Below are positions 27,195 through 34,852 of a stretch of DNA of 64,000 nucleotides, piece after piece. The stretch covers positions 160,001 through 224,000 of the forward strand of contig CAVSZB010000008.1 of assembly GCA_963732385.1 (NCBI GenBank), read 5' to 3'. Position 1 is the stretch's first letter. Each line of letters opens with the position of its first letter. The notes below the pieces were generated by a model. That model did no database searches and was not told the DNA's origin. It saw nothing but the letters and a program-made list of their open reading frames with translations. A program made the translations under genes and the position numbers. The DNA comes from an uncultured bacterium. GTDB lineage: Bacteria; Krumholzibacteriota; Krumholzibacteriia; LZORAL124-64-63.

Positions 27195-30100
27195 GTGGCC
27201 CAGCCTTTCGAGGGTCGCTTCCGACTTGCCGACCGTCTGGCCGACTGCGGGCGTCTGCCGCGCTATTGTGTCACCGGTGTGACGCTGGCGGAGCCGGCCG
27301 AGGCGATCGCCCTGAGCGAAACGGGTCGCTGGGCCGGTCTGTTGGAGACCGTCTGGCTGCGCGTCGCGCGCCTGGACGCACATCCCGCGGCGGCCTGTGT
27401 CCCGTTCGCGGCCGAGCAGGCCGGCGATACCCTGCTGCTGATCCATCCGGTCCTGCCTCCCGACGCCTGGGAGGACCACGCGCGTGGCCTGCCGGCGGAC
27501 ATCCTCCTTACCGGGATCGCCACGCTGGTGCGCTGGTTGCTCGCGGGGCTGGCCACCCAGGTCGGCTGCGGGAACCTGCGTCTTTCCGCGCTGCGCTCGT
27601 CATCTGACGGACCGCTCGCCTCGCCGGCGGCTTGGGCTGTGCCGCTGCCGCTGCTCGCGGTTCGCGGGCTGCCGGGGCGTCCGTGGCGGGGGCTGGTGGC
27701 CCGGGGATGGAGCGGCGAGGCGGTCCTCGACGCGGGACTGCTCTGCCATGACCTCGCCGGGCTGCTCGGGGAGCGACTCGCCGAGGGACTCCCGGACGGA
27801 TCCCTGCGGGATGGGCCCACGGACCGATCCGTCCTGACGCGAGTGCGCGACGGGCTGGTCGCCTGCTCCGTCGAGGCGCGTGTCGGCGGAGAGGTCGGTC
27901 CGCTGGGCTCCGGACTGGCGGATCTGCTGGCGCTCGTCACCGGAGCGGACGCTCCGTCCCGCGTGCTGCGGAGCGCGCGGGCACCGGTGCGCGATAGCCT
28001 GACCGCTGCTCTGGCCGCGCTTGGCCGGAGGGAAGACGGGGCCTGCCTGTTCCTCGAAGGGGGAGTGGAGGAGGGGGTTGTCGACAGGATCGCCACGGCG
28101 CTCTCCGCCACCGCGGAATTGACCGTGGCCAGGGGATTGGTTTCCGAACAACCGGCGCCATGTCCACCGCGCGCGGGGCGACAAGGAGCCGAGGCGTGGC
28201 TGGTCGTATGCGACGACCAGGCCCAGCCGCCGACGGCGGCCCGACGCTGGCTCGCCGGGGTGCCCGCCGGTCGCCGGCGCCGCGTGCTCTGGCTGGGGAC
28301 GGGGGAGGGGGCGCCGGCCGGCCATCTGCTGCGTCGCGACCTGACCGCTCGTTGGCGGCTGGCCCGGCTGGACGAACCGCTGTCCGGGGAGGCGAAGCCG
28401 TCGTCTCCGGAGTCTGCGGTGGCGCCTGGCCTGGCGCCGCTGATGGAACCGGGGGAGCGGGTGCTGCTCGGGATGGTCGCCGCGGCCGGCATCGATCTGC
28501 CGCTGCCGCTGTTGGGGCGCGCCTCCGGTCTGCAATCGCGCGAACTGGGCGTTGCGCTCGCGCCGCTGGTGGCGCGCGGCCAGCTGGTCTGGCGCGCGGT
28601 GCGGGCGAAATGGATGCGCGCGGAGAAGACCTGCACCGTGGCGGTCACGCCGGCCGGACTGGCCAGGGCCGCCGCGGACCTCGTTGATGTCGAACATCAT
28701 CGCGGTTGTCTGGCGCTTCTCCTGCATCATCTGCCGCCCGGCCGTGGCGCTGATGATCGCTGGCTGCGTTTTCATCTGCTGGCAGCGGCCGGGAATTCCG
28801 CTGGTGCGGCACGGGAGTTGGCGGCCCTTCTCGCGATCCCGTCCGGTGCGCAGGACGATCATGCCACGGTGGCGGCCTGCGCCGCCGCGCTCGCCCCTGA
28901 GTTCCCCTGCCGGCTCGACCCGGTCCTGTTGATTCGCGCCTGCGGGCGGCTGGGGCGCGCCTGGGAGGAGCGCGGTCAACTCGGCGAGGCCCGCGCTGTC
29001 TACGAGCGGGGGCTGTCGCTCGCGACGGGGCTGGTCGACGGCCACACTGGTGAGGAAGAGGCCGAGGCGCTGGCGGAACTGGCGATCGCGTATGCCGACC
29101 TGCTGGACAAGCGGGGCGAGTTCACGGTCCTGAACGATCTGCTGCGGCGCGTGGTCGACGGCTGCGGCGGCAGCCTGCGGCCGCCGCTGGCGGCCCGGCT
29201 GCAGTTCGAAATCGCCTGGTCTCACCACCGGATGGGACGGCACGAGGTCGCGCTGGAGATTTGCCAGGCGTTGTTGCGCCAACTCGACATCGAAGAACGT
29301 TCGGCCGAGGCGGGGGACGTCCACAATCTGATCGGGCTTGTGCGCTATGAGAGCAGTCGCTACGAGGAAGCACGCATCAGTATCCAGAAGGGCCTCGTTC
29401 TGCGCGAACGCGCGGGTGACCCGGCCGCGGTGGCGCGCAGCTGCAACAATCTCGGCCTCGTGCATCGGGCGCTGGGCGATCTGGCCCGCGCAGAAGCCTG
29501 CCTGCAACGCAGTCTGGCCATCAAGAACACGGCAGGGGATCTGCCCGGCGTGGCGAGTTGTTTCCTTAACATGGCGTACATCGCACTCGACCAGGAGCGG
29601 TTCGAGTCGGCGCTCGAACGGGGTCGACAGGCGCTGGATATCAGCCGCGAGCAGGTGCTGCGGCAACTCGAGGCGGAAATCCTGCTCCTGCTGGGGGAGG
29701 TGGCGGAGGCACAGGGCCGGTTCGCCGAGGCCACCGGGGAGTATGCCGGCGCGCGCGTAATCGCCGAGGAGATAGGCGACGCCGATCAGTGCCTGGCGAT
29801 CCTGCGCCACCAGGCGGGGCTCGCTCTGCGCGAAGGTGAGGCGACGCAGGCCTGGTCGACCTTCCGGGAAGCGGAGGCGCTCGCGCCGCGTGTGCCGTCG
29901 CAATTGCAGCGCGCGCTGTTGCGCCAGCTGGCGGGTGATCTGCACACTGCCGCCCACCGGCACGTGGAGGCTGCGACGGCCTACCAGGAGTGCGCCCACG
30001 CGCTCGTCGCGCTCCATAAGACAGAACTGCAGATCGGGGCGAAAACGCGCGCAGCCCTCGCCCTGGCCCGCGCCGGAGATCTGCAGCGCGCGCGGGACCT

Positions 30101-31676
30101 GTTCGGGGAATTGCGGCGAGGCACGCTGGACATGCGGCTTTCGGCCCTGCCTTCCGAGTTTCACGAGCTGGAAAAGCTGCTCGGCCAGACCGGCGGCGAG
30201 GATTCGGGGGCTACAGCGCATGCGGTCCTGCTGCGCGGCCTGCTCAACCTGCCCGCCCTGGAGGCGCAACGGCCCGGCTTTCCAGCCTGCGCGCGCCGCG
30301 TCGTCGAGCTCCTGCACGTCGCCGGTTCCTTCGCTGCCGTCGGGTTTGTGCATCTGGCGCCGACCGGGGAGGAACTCGGTCGCTGGGAGCAGGGGGATCC
30401 GTCCGGGGCGGAGGGCCTCACGTTCGTGGCGCGCGATGTCTGGCCGGACGGCGCGGAGATCGTGGGCACGGGGGTCCTGGCCGAAAATCCGGAGCGGCCC
30501 GGCCGGCGTGGGGCGATCAGTTCGGAAGAGGCTCGGGGGGCGTTGACTCTGGCGACTGTGGTTCTGGCCGCCTGCCGGGCCCGGATCGAGGAGGGGCGGC
30601 GACAGAGCGCCTCGCCCGTCTCCCCGGCGCCGGTCTTGCAGGCTGCCGCCTCCCTTCCGGGGGTGGCGTTTGTCGGCACGAGCGAGGCGCTGGCCGACCT
30701 GCGCCGGTTCGTCGACAAGGTGGCGAATCTCGATGTGCCCGTGCTTATCCTCGGCGAAAACGGCGCGGGCAAGGAGTTGGTCGCGCGGCTGATCCATTCG
30801 CGTGGCGCCCGCCAACGCCACGGCTTCGTCGCGGTAAATTGCGCCAGCATTCCCGCCACCCTGCTCGAGAGCACGTTGTTCGGGCACGAACGGGGCGCTT
30901 TTACCGACGCCGTGGCACGGCGGATCGGCGAATTCGAGCAGGCAGGCTCAGGCACGATCCTCCTCGATGAGATCGGCGAAATGCCGGCCCCGCTCCAGAC
31001 GAAACTGTTGCGTGTCCTGCAGGAGAAGGAATTCCGCCGCGTCGGTGGCAGCGAGACGCTGCGCCTGCGTGCCCGCGTGCTGGCAGCCACGAATCTCGAC
31101 ATCGGGACCGCGGTGGCAGACGGCCGTTTTCGCGAGGATCTCTACTACCGCCTGGCGGTGTTGCCGGTGCGGGTGCCTCCGCTGCGCGAACGGCCGGAGG
31201 ACATTCCGCCTCTTTTGCGCCATTTTCTCGAGATCTATGCCGCGGAATTTGGCGTCCCGGTCTGCGAAATCAGCGCCGAGGCGCTCGATGTGCTCGTGTC
31301 CGCCCCCTGGCGGGGCAATGTCCGGGAACTGCAGAATCTTGTCCGGCGGTTGCTCATCTTCGCCGAGGGGCGTCCCATCCGTCGCGGCGACCTGCCGGTC
31401 TCCCTGCAGCCGTCGGGCGCTGAGCCGCCGGGTGTTGGCGAGGATCTGGCGGAGATCGTGGCGCGGCTGGTCCGGGTACGCAACCTGGGCGTGGCCAGCC
31501 CGTTGCTGCCGAGACTGCAGGGCATGCTGGCCCGGCAAATGGTGGCGTGTTGCGCCAGCAAGGCGGAAGCTGCGCGACGCCTCGGTATCACCGCGCCGAC
31601 GCTCTACGAATGGCTGCGTAGGGAGGGCGCGCCGGAGGCGGGGCGTCCGCGCCGGCAGCAGAGGGCGGAAGGTTGA
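27195..31676 (+). CDS. Large sigma54-dependent enhancer-binding protein with TPR repeats (1493 aa)
   Basis: AAA+ motifs 'GENGAGKE', 'LFGHERGAFTDA', 'LLDEIGEM', 'FREDLYYRL' and 'WRGNVRELQN'. C-terminal HTH 'KAEAARRLGITAPTLYEW'. Central TPRs ('HNLIGLVRY', 'CNNLGLVH', 'FLNMAYI'). Confidence 0.9.
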   Translation: MAQPFEGRFRLADRLADCGRLPRYCVTGVTLAEPAEAIALSETGRWAGLLETVWLRVARLDAHPAAACVPFAAEQAGDTLLLIHPVLPPDAWEDHARGLPADILLTGIATLVRWLLAGLATQVGCGNLRLSALRSSSDGPLASPAAWAVPLPLLAVRGLPGRPWRGLVARGWSGEAVLDAGLLCHDLAGLLGERLAEGLPDGSLRDGPTDRSVLTRVRDGLVACSVEARVGGEVGPLGSGLADLLALVTGADAPSRVLRSARAPVRDSLTAALAALGRREDGACLFLEGGVEEGVVDRIATALSATAELTVARGLVSEQPAPCPPRAGRQGAEAWLVVCDDQAQPPTAARRWLAGVPAGRRRRVLWLGTGEGAPAGHLLRRDLTARWRLARLDEPLSGEAKPSSPESAVAPGLAPLMEPGERVLLGMVAAAGIDLPLPLLGRASGLQSRELGVALAPLVARGQLVWRAVRAKWMRAEKTCTVAVTPAGLARAAADLVDVEHHRGCLALLLHHLPPGRGADDRWLRFHLLAAAGNSAGAARELAALLAIPSGAQDDHATVAACAAALAPEFPCRLDPVLLIRACGRLGRAWEERGQLGEARAVYERGLSLATGLVDGHTGEEEAEALAELAIAYADLLDKRGEFTVLNDLLRRVVDGCGGSLRPPLAARLQFEIAWSHHRMGRHEVALEICQALLRQLDIEERSAEAGDVHNLIGLVRYESSRYEEARISIQKGLVLRERAGDPAAVARSCNNLGLVHRALGDLARAEACLQRSLAIKNTAGDLPGVASCFLNMAYIALDQERFESALERGRQALDISREQVLRQLEAEILLLLGEVAEAQGRFAEATGEYAGARVIAEEIGDADQCLAILRHQAGLALREGEATQAWSTFREAEALAPRVPSQLQRALLRQLAGDLHTAAHRHVEAATAYQECAHALVALHKTELQIGAKTRAALALARAGDLQRARDLFGELRRGTLDMRLSALPSEFHELEKLLGQTGGEDSGATAHAVLLRGLLNLPALEAQRPGFPACARRVVELLHVAGSFAAVGFVHLAPTGEELGRWEQGDPSGAEGLTFVARDVWPDGAEIVGTGVLAENPERPGRRGAISSEEARGALTLATVVLAACRARIEEGRRQSASPVSPAPVLQAAASLPGVAFVGTSEALADLRRFVDKVANLDVPVLILGENGAGKELVARLIHSRGARQRHGFVAVNCASIPATLLESTLFGHERGAFTDAVARRIGEFEQAGSGTILLDEIGEMPAPLQTKLLRVLQEKEFRRVGGSETLRLRARVLAATNLDIGTAVADGRFREDLYYRLAVLPVRVPPLRERPEDIPPLLRHFLEIYAAEFGVPVCEISAEALDVLVSAPWRGNVRELQNLVRRLLIFAEGRPIRRGDLPVSLQPSGAEPPGVGEDLAEIVARLVRVRNLGVASPLLPRLQGMLARQMVACCASKAEAARRLGITAPTLYEWLRREGAPEAGRPRRQQRAEG

Positions 31677-31683
31677 TCAGGGC

Positions 31684-31712
31684 TTGCTCCGGACGAAGGT
31701 CGATCGTAGAAT
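31684..31712 (+). promoter_or_regulatory. sigma70-type promoter of the small secreted protein gene
   Basis: TTGCTC-N17-TAGAAT. Confidence 0.6.
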
Positions 31713-31753
31713 GCACCCGGGGAAAGCACGTTCTCTGGCCGAGGAGGTCAGTG

Positions 31754-32125
31754 ATGTCCATGCGTGCCTGCAGCTCCGCGCTCCTGTTGTCTTTGCTGCT
31801 GATGGTCGGTCATGGCGAGGCTCACGCCGCCCTGTCCGCCGACATGGTGACGCTCGCCCCCGGCACGACCGCGGTGCGGCTTGGCGAGGCCGTTTTCGTG
31901 GTGTCGACAGATCGCACGATCTCGCTGTCCCTGGCATTCGTTACCGGGGATATGCTCGATGGGCTGGTCGTGCTTCGCGATTCATCGCCGGCGCTGGTGC
32001 AGATTCTCTGGCGAAACACCGGCGTTATGGTTTTTTCCGGCCCCGTGGCGCAAGTCAGGGCAGTTCGCTGCCACGCCCCCGTGAAGTCCCTCTCGGTCGA
32101 GGACAGCGGGCACACCGAGAAGTGA
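31754..32125 (+). CDS. Small secreted hypothetical protein (123 aa)
   Basis: RBS GAGGAGG. Sec signal 'MSMRACSSALLLSLLLMVGHGEAHA'. Beta-rich body with polar tail EDSGHTEK. Confidence 0.7.
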   Translation: MSMRACSSALLLSLLLMVGHGEAHAALSADMVTLAPGTTAVRLGEAVFVVSTDRTISLSLAFVTGDMLDGLVVLRDSSPALVQILWRNTGVMVFSGPVAQVRAVRCHAPVKSLSVEDSGHTEK

Positions 32126-32159
32126 CTGTATCGGGGAATTCGGCCTGCCCTTTCCGCGG

Positions 32160-32302
32160 ACAAATATTTTAGAGCACTAAAATTTCTTTACACACAACCT
32201 CGCCTCCGTTGGAGCGCAGGCCGCGCGCCATGTATTTAAGTACATGAATGAAAGCAGTTTAGTCGTTTCGCCAGCCCCGCCATTTCAGGTACGCGAATTG
32301 CT
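32160..32302 (+). promoter_or_regulatory. sigma54 promoter with upstream activator-like inverted repeat and AT-rich (IHF-like) spacer
   Basis: AGGTACGCGAATTGCT: GG(32288-89)-N10-GC(32300-01). Inverted repeat ATTTTAG-N4-CTAAAAT (32166-32183). AT-rich tract at about 32230-32262. Confidence 0.65.
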
Positions 32303-32312
32303 AATTTTTTGT

Positions 32313-32455
32313 CAGATGGCGGACACCCGATACCGCCGGCAGGGTGCGGAAGCGTGTCACGAGGGATATCCGCATTCGCCGGCGGCAGCAGACAACGATT
32401 CCCCCACGTGTGGATGGATGGGCGGGCCGGTCACTCACTCCGGCCCGCCTCGTTG
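32313..32455 (+). ncRNA. Candidate sigma54-driven sRNA or structured leader
   Basis: Long hairpin 32333-32385 with G-U pairs on the + strand. 10-bp GC hairpin 32421-32449. Confidence 0.4.
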
Positions 32456-32569
32456 TGTGCGAGGACGCGGACGGTGTGGACAGCCGCGCCCGGACGGTGC
32501 TAGCGTCCCCCGCACCATTGCGAACCGGGGCGTGATCCGGAAGCGGTCCGTGCCCCAGGGGGAGACCGC

Positions 32570-34120
32570 TTGAGTCCGGATCGTTGTTCGATTCTCGTCT
32601 GTGACGACAACCTCGACCACCTCGCGCTCCTCAAGCGGGAGCTTGAGCGCCACTCACCGACGTTCCAGGTTACGACCGTCTCGAGCGCCCAGGTTTTCCG
32701 TCAGGAACTGGCGAGTGCCTCCCCTGATGTGGTGATCATCGACGACCTGCTGCGCGAAGTGAACGGCCTGGACCTGTTGCGCGAAGTGATCGCGCAGCAC
32801 CCCGACACGGTGGCGATCATGATCACCGGCGCGGGGAACGAGGATGTCGCGGTGCAGGCGCTCAAGTCGGGCGCCGGTGACTGCGTAATCAAATCGAGCG
32901 GAAGCTTCGCCCTGGTGCCTTTGGTCGTGGCGCGGGCCCTGGAGCGCAAGGCTTTGCTCGCGAGCAGGATCGCGCTGGAGGGGGGGGGCGGACGGGCCTC
33001 CCGGCTCCACGTGCTCGGTACGCTCGCTCTGGGCGTGGCCCATGATCTGAACGGTCTGCTGGGGGCGATTCTGGGGCGCGCGGAATCGTTGCGCCAGAAG
33101 GCCGGTGTGGATTCCGCGCGGGAGTTGGGGGTCATCGAATCTGCGGCCCGTGACGCTGCTGACATCGTTGGCCGCGTGCTCGACTTCGCCGCCGGTCGTT
33201 CGTCGCCGCCGTCCGTAGCCGTGCCGCTCGCGGCCGCGGTGCGCGATTGCCTCGAGTTCACGCGTGCACGCTGGGAAGCCGACGCTCGGCGGCGCGGGGT
33301 CGCCTATCAGCTCGCTTTGGATCTGCCCGAGGATCTGGAGATCGCAGCGCAGCCCGCCGCGGTGCGCGAGGTGATCACGAACCTGATCGTCAATGCACTC
33401 GAGGCGATGCCGGAAGGGGGCACGCTGTCCGTGCGAGCCCGGCACGACGAACGCCAGGCCCATCTGTTCGTGCAGGACACCGGCGTGGGGATGACCCGCG
33501 CGCAGATCGACGGGCTGTTCGACGCCTGTCGCGGCTCGGAAAAGCCGGGTGGTCACGGCATCGGTCTGGCCACCTGCCGGGCTCTTCTGGAGGGGATGGG
33601 AGGGAGCATCCGGGTCGAAAGCGAGCTGGATGTCGGTACGACCTGCGAGGTCGTGATGCCGCTGCGCGCCGCGACGCCGCCCGCGTCGGCCGGGGCGGAG
33701 GTGTCTCCGGCCGCGCCCTCCTCCGCCGGGATACGGGTGCTGGTCGTGGACAATGAACCGCGCGTGGCGGAGCTCCTGGCGGATGTTCTGGTAGCGGATG
33801 GCCGGCGCGTCATGGTCGCTTTCAGCGGCGAAGAGGCGATGAGCAAGTTCGAGCCGGGCGGCTTCGATGTGATCTTCTGCGACCTCTCCCTGCCCGGCAT
33901 GTCGGGGCTCGAGATGGCGCGCGCCGCACGGGCTCTCGATCCCGTGGTCGCCACGATTCTGGTCACCGGCTGGGGCGGGGAAAGGGAGCTCGCGGGCACG
34001 GCCGGAGCGGCCATCGACCTGACCGCGCTCAAGCCGCTCGACGTTGCGGCGATCCGCTCGTTAGCCGAGGAGGGGGCCAGTGTCGCTTCCGCGCGCCGGG
34101 GCGGCAATGCACTGTACTGA
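32570..34120 (+). CDS. Cytoplasmic hybrid kinase REC-HisKA-HATPase-REC
   Basis: 'ILVCDD', H-box 'VAHDLNGLL', 'NLIVNALEAM', 'DTGVGM', 'GHGIGL' and a second REC 'IFCDLSLPGMSG'. Confidence 0.88.
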   Translation: MSPDRCSILVCDDNLDHLALLKRELERHSPTFQVTTVSSAQVFRQELASASPDVVIIDDLLREVNGLDLLREVIAQHPDTVAIMITGAGNEDVAVQALKSGAGDCVIKSSGSFALVPLVVARALERKALLASRIALEGGGGRASRLHVLGTLALGVAHDLNGLLGAILGRAESLRQKAGVDSARELGVIESAARDAADIVGRVLDFAAGRSSPPSVAVPLAAAVRDCLEFTRARWEADARRRGVAYQLALDLPEDLEIAAQPAAVREVITNLIVNALEAMPEGGTLSVRARHDERQAHLFVQDTGVGMTRAQIDGLFDACRGSEKPGGHGIGLATCRALLEGMGGSIRVESELDVGTTCEVVMPLRAATPPASAGAEVSPAAPSSAGIRVLVVDNEPRVAELLADVLVADGRRVMVAFSGEEAMSKFEPGGFDVIFCDLSLPGMSGLEMARAARALDPVVATILVTGWGGERELAGTAGAAIDLTALKPLDVAAIRSLAEEGASVASARRGGNALY

Positions 34121-34306
34121 TCGCACATTCTAATCATCCGACAACCCACGGTTCTGGCGGTGGTTTTTCCCGTTGACAGTATCCTCGGTCGCCTTGACAA
34201 CTACCCATCTTTGGATTATTCATAAAAGACGATTTTCGTATTCAGAATCAGACGGGCCACCTCGCATCAGGCCCAGTAGGGTGGTTTCAAGCCTCGGAGG
34301 TGTCAA

Positions 34307-34804
34307 ATGGAAGCGGAAATGACGAAGGAAATGGATGACCAGGCGATCCGGCAGAAAGAAAAGGCTTTCCAGGATTACATTCAGACAAAAGGTCTGAAGA
34401 CCACACGTCAGCGCAATACGATTGTTGGTGTCTTCTTCCGCCTGCACGGGCACATCTCCGTGGAGGAACTCCTGCGCGAGGTCAAGAAGGTCAACCCGAA
34501 GATCGGGTACGCGACGGTCTACCGGACGCTGCATCTGCTGACGGCGAGCGCACTGGTCGAAGAGCGGCGATTTGGCGACGGACTGGCGCGTTACGAGGGA
34601 CGTTCGGAAGTGGAGCATCACGATCACATGATCTGTCTGGATTGCGGCCAGATTTCCGAGTTCTTCAATCCCCACATCGAGGCGCTTCAGGAGAAGCTGG
34701 CCCACGACCACAAATTCAAAATCTATCGCCACCGTCTCGAGCTTTACGGCTCCTGTGAGGACGCCGAATCGTGCCAGCGCCGGCGCCGGAAGGTCGGCGA
34801 CTAG
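34307..34804 (+). CDS. fur: Fur-family metal-dependent repressor
   Basis: 'GLKTTRQR', 'ATVYRTL', 'HHDHMICLDCG' and C-terminal Cys pair. RBS GGAGG. Confidence 0.9.
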   Translation: MEAEMTKEMDDQAIRQKEKAFQDYIQTKGLKTTRQRNTIVGVFFRLHGHISVEELLREVKKVNPKIGYATVYRTLHLLTASALVEERRFGDGLARYEGRSEVEHHDHMICLDCGQISEFFNPHIEALQEKLAHDHKFKIYRHRLELYGSCEDAESCQRRRRKVGD

Positions 34805-34852
34805 AGCACGACGCGACGGGTGGTTCCCGACCCGGAAGCGAGCGCTCGGAAT

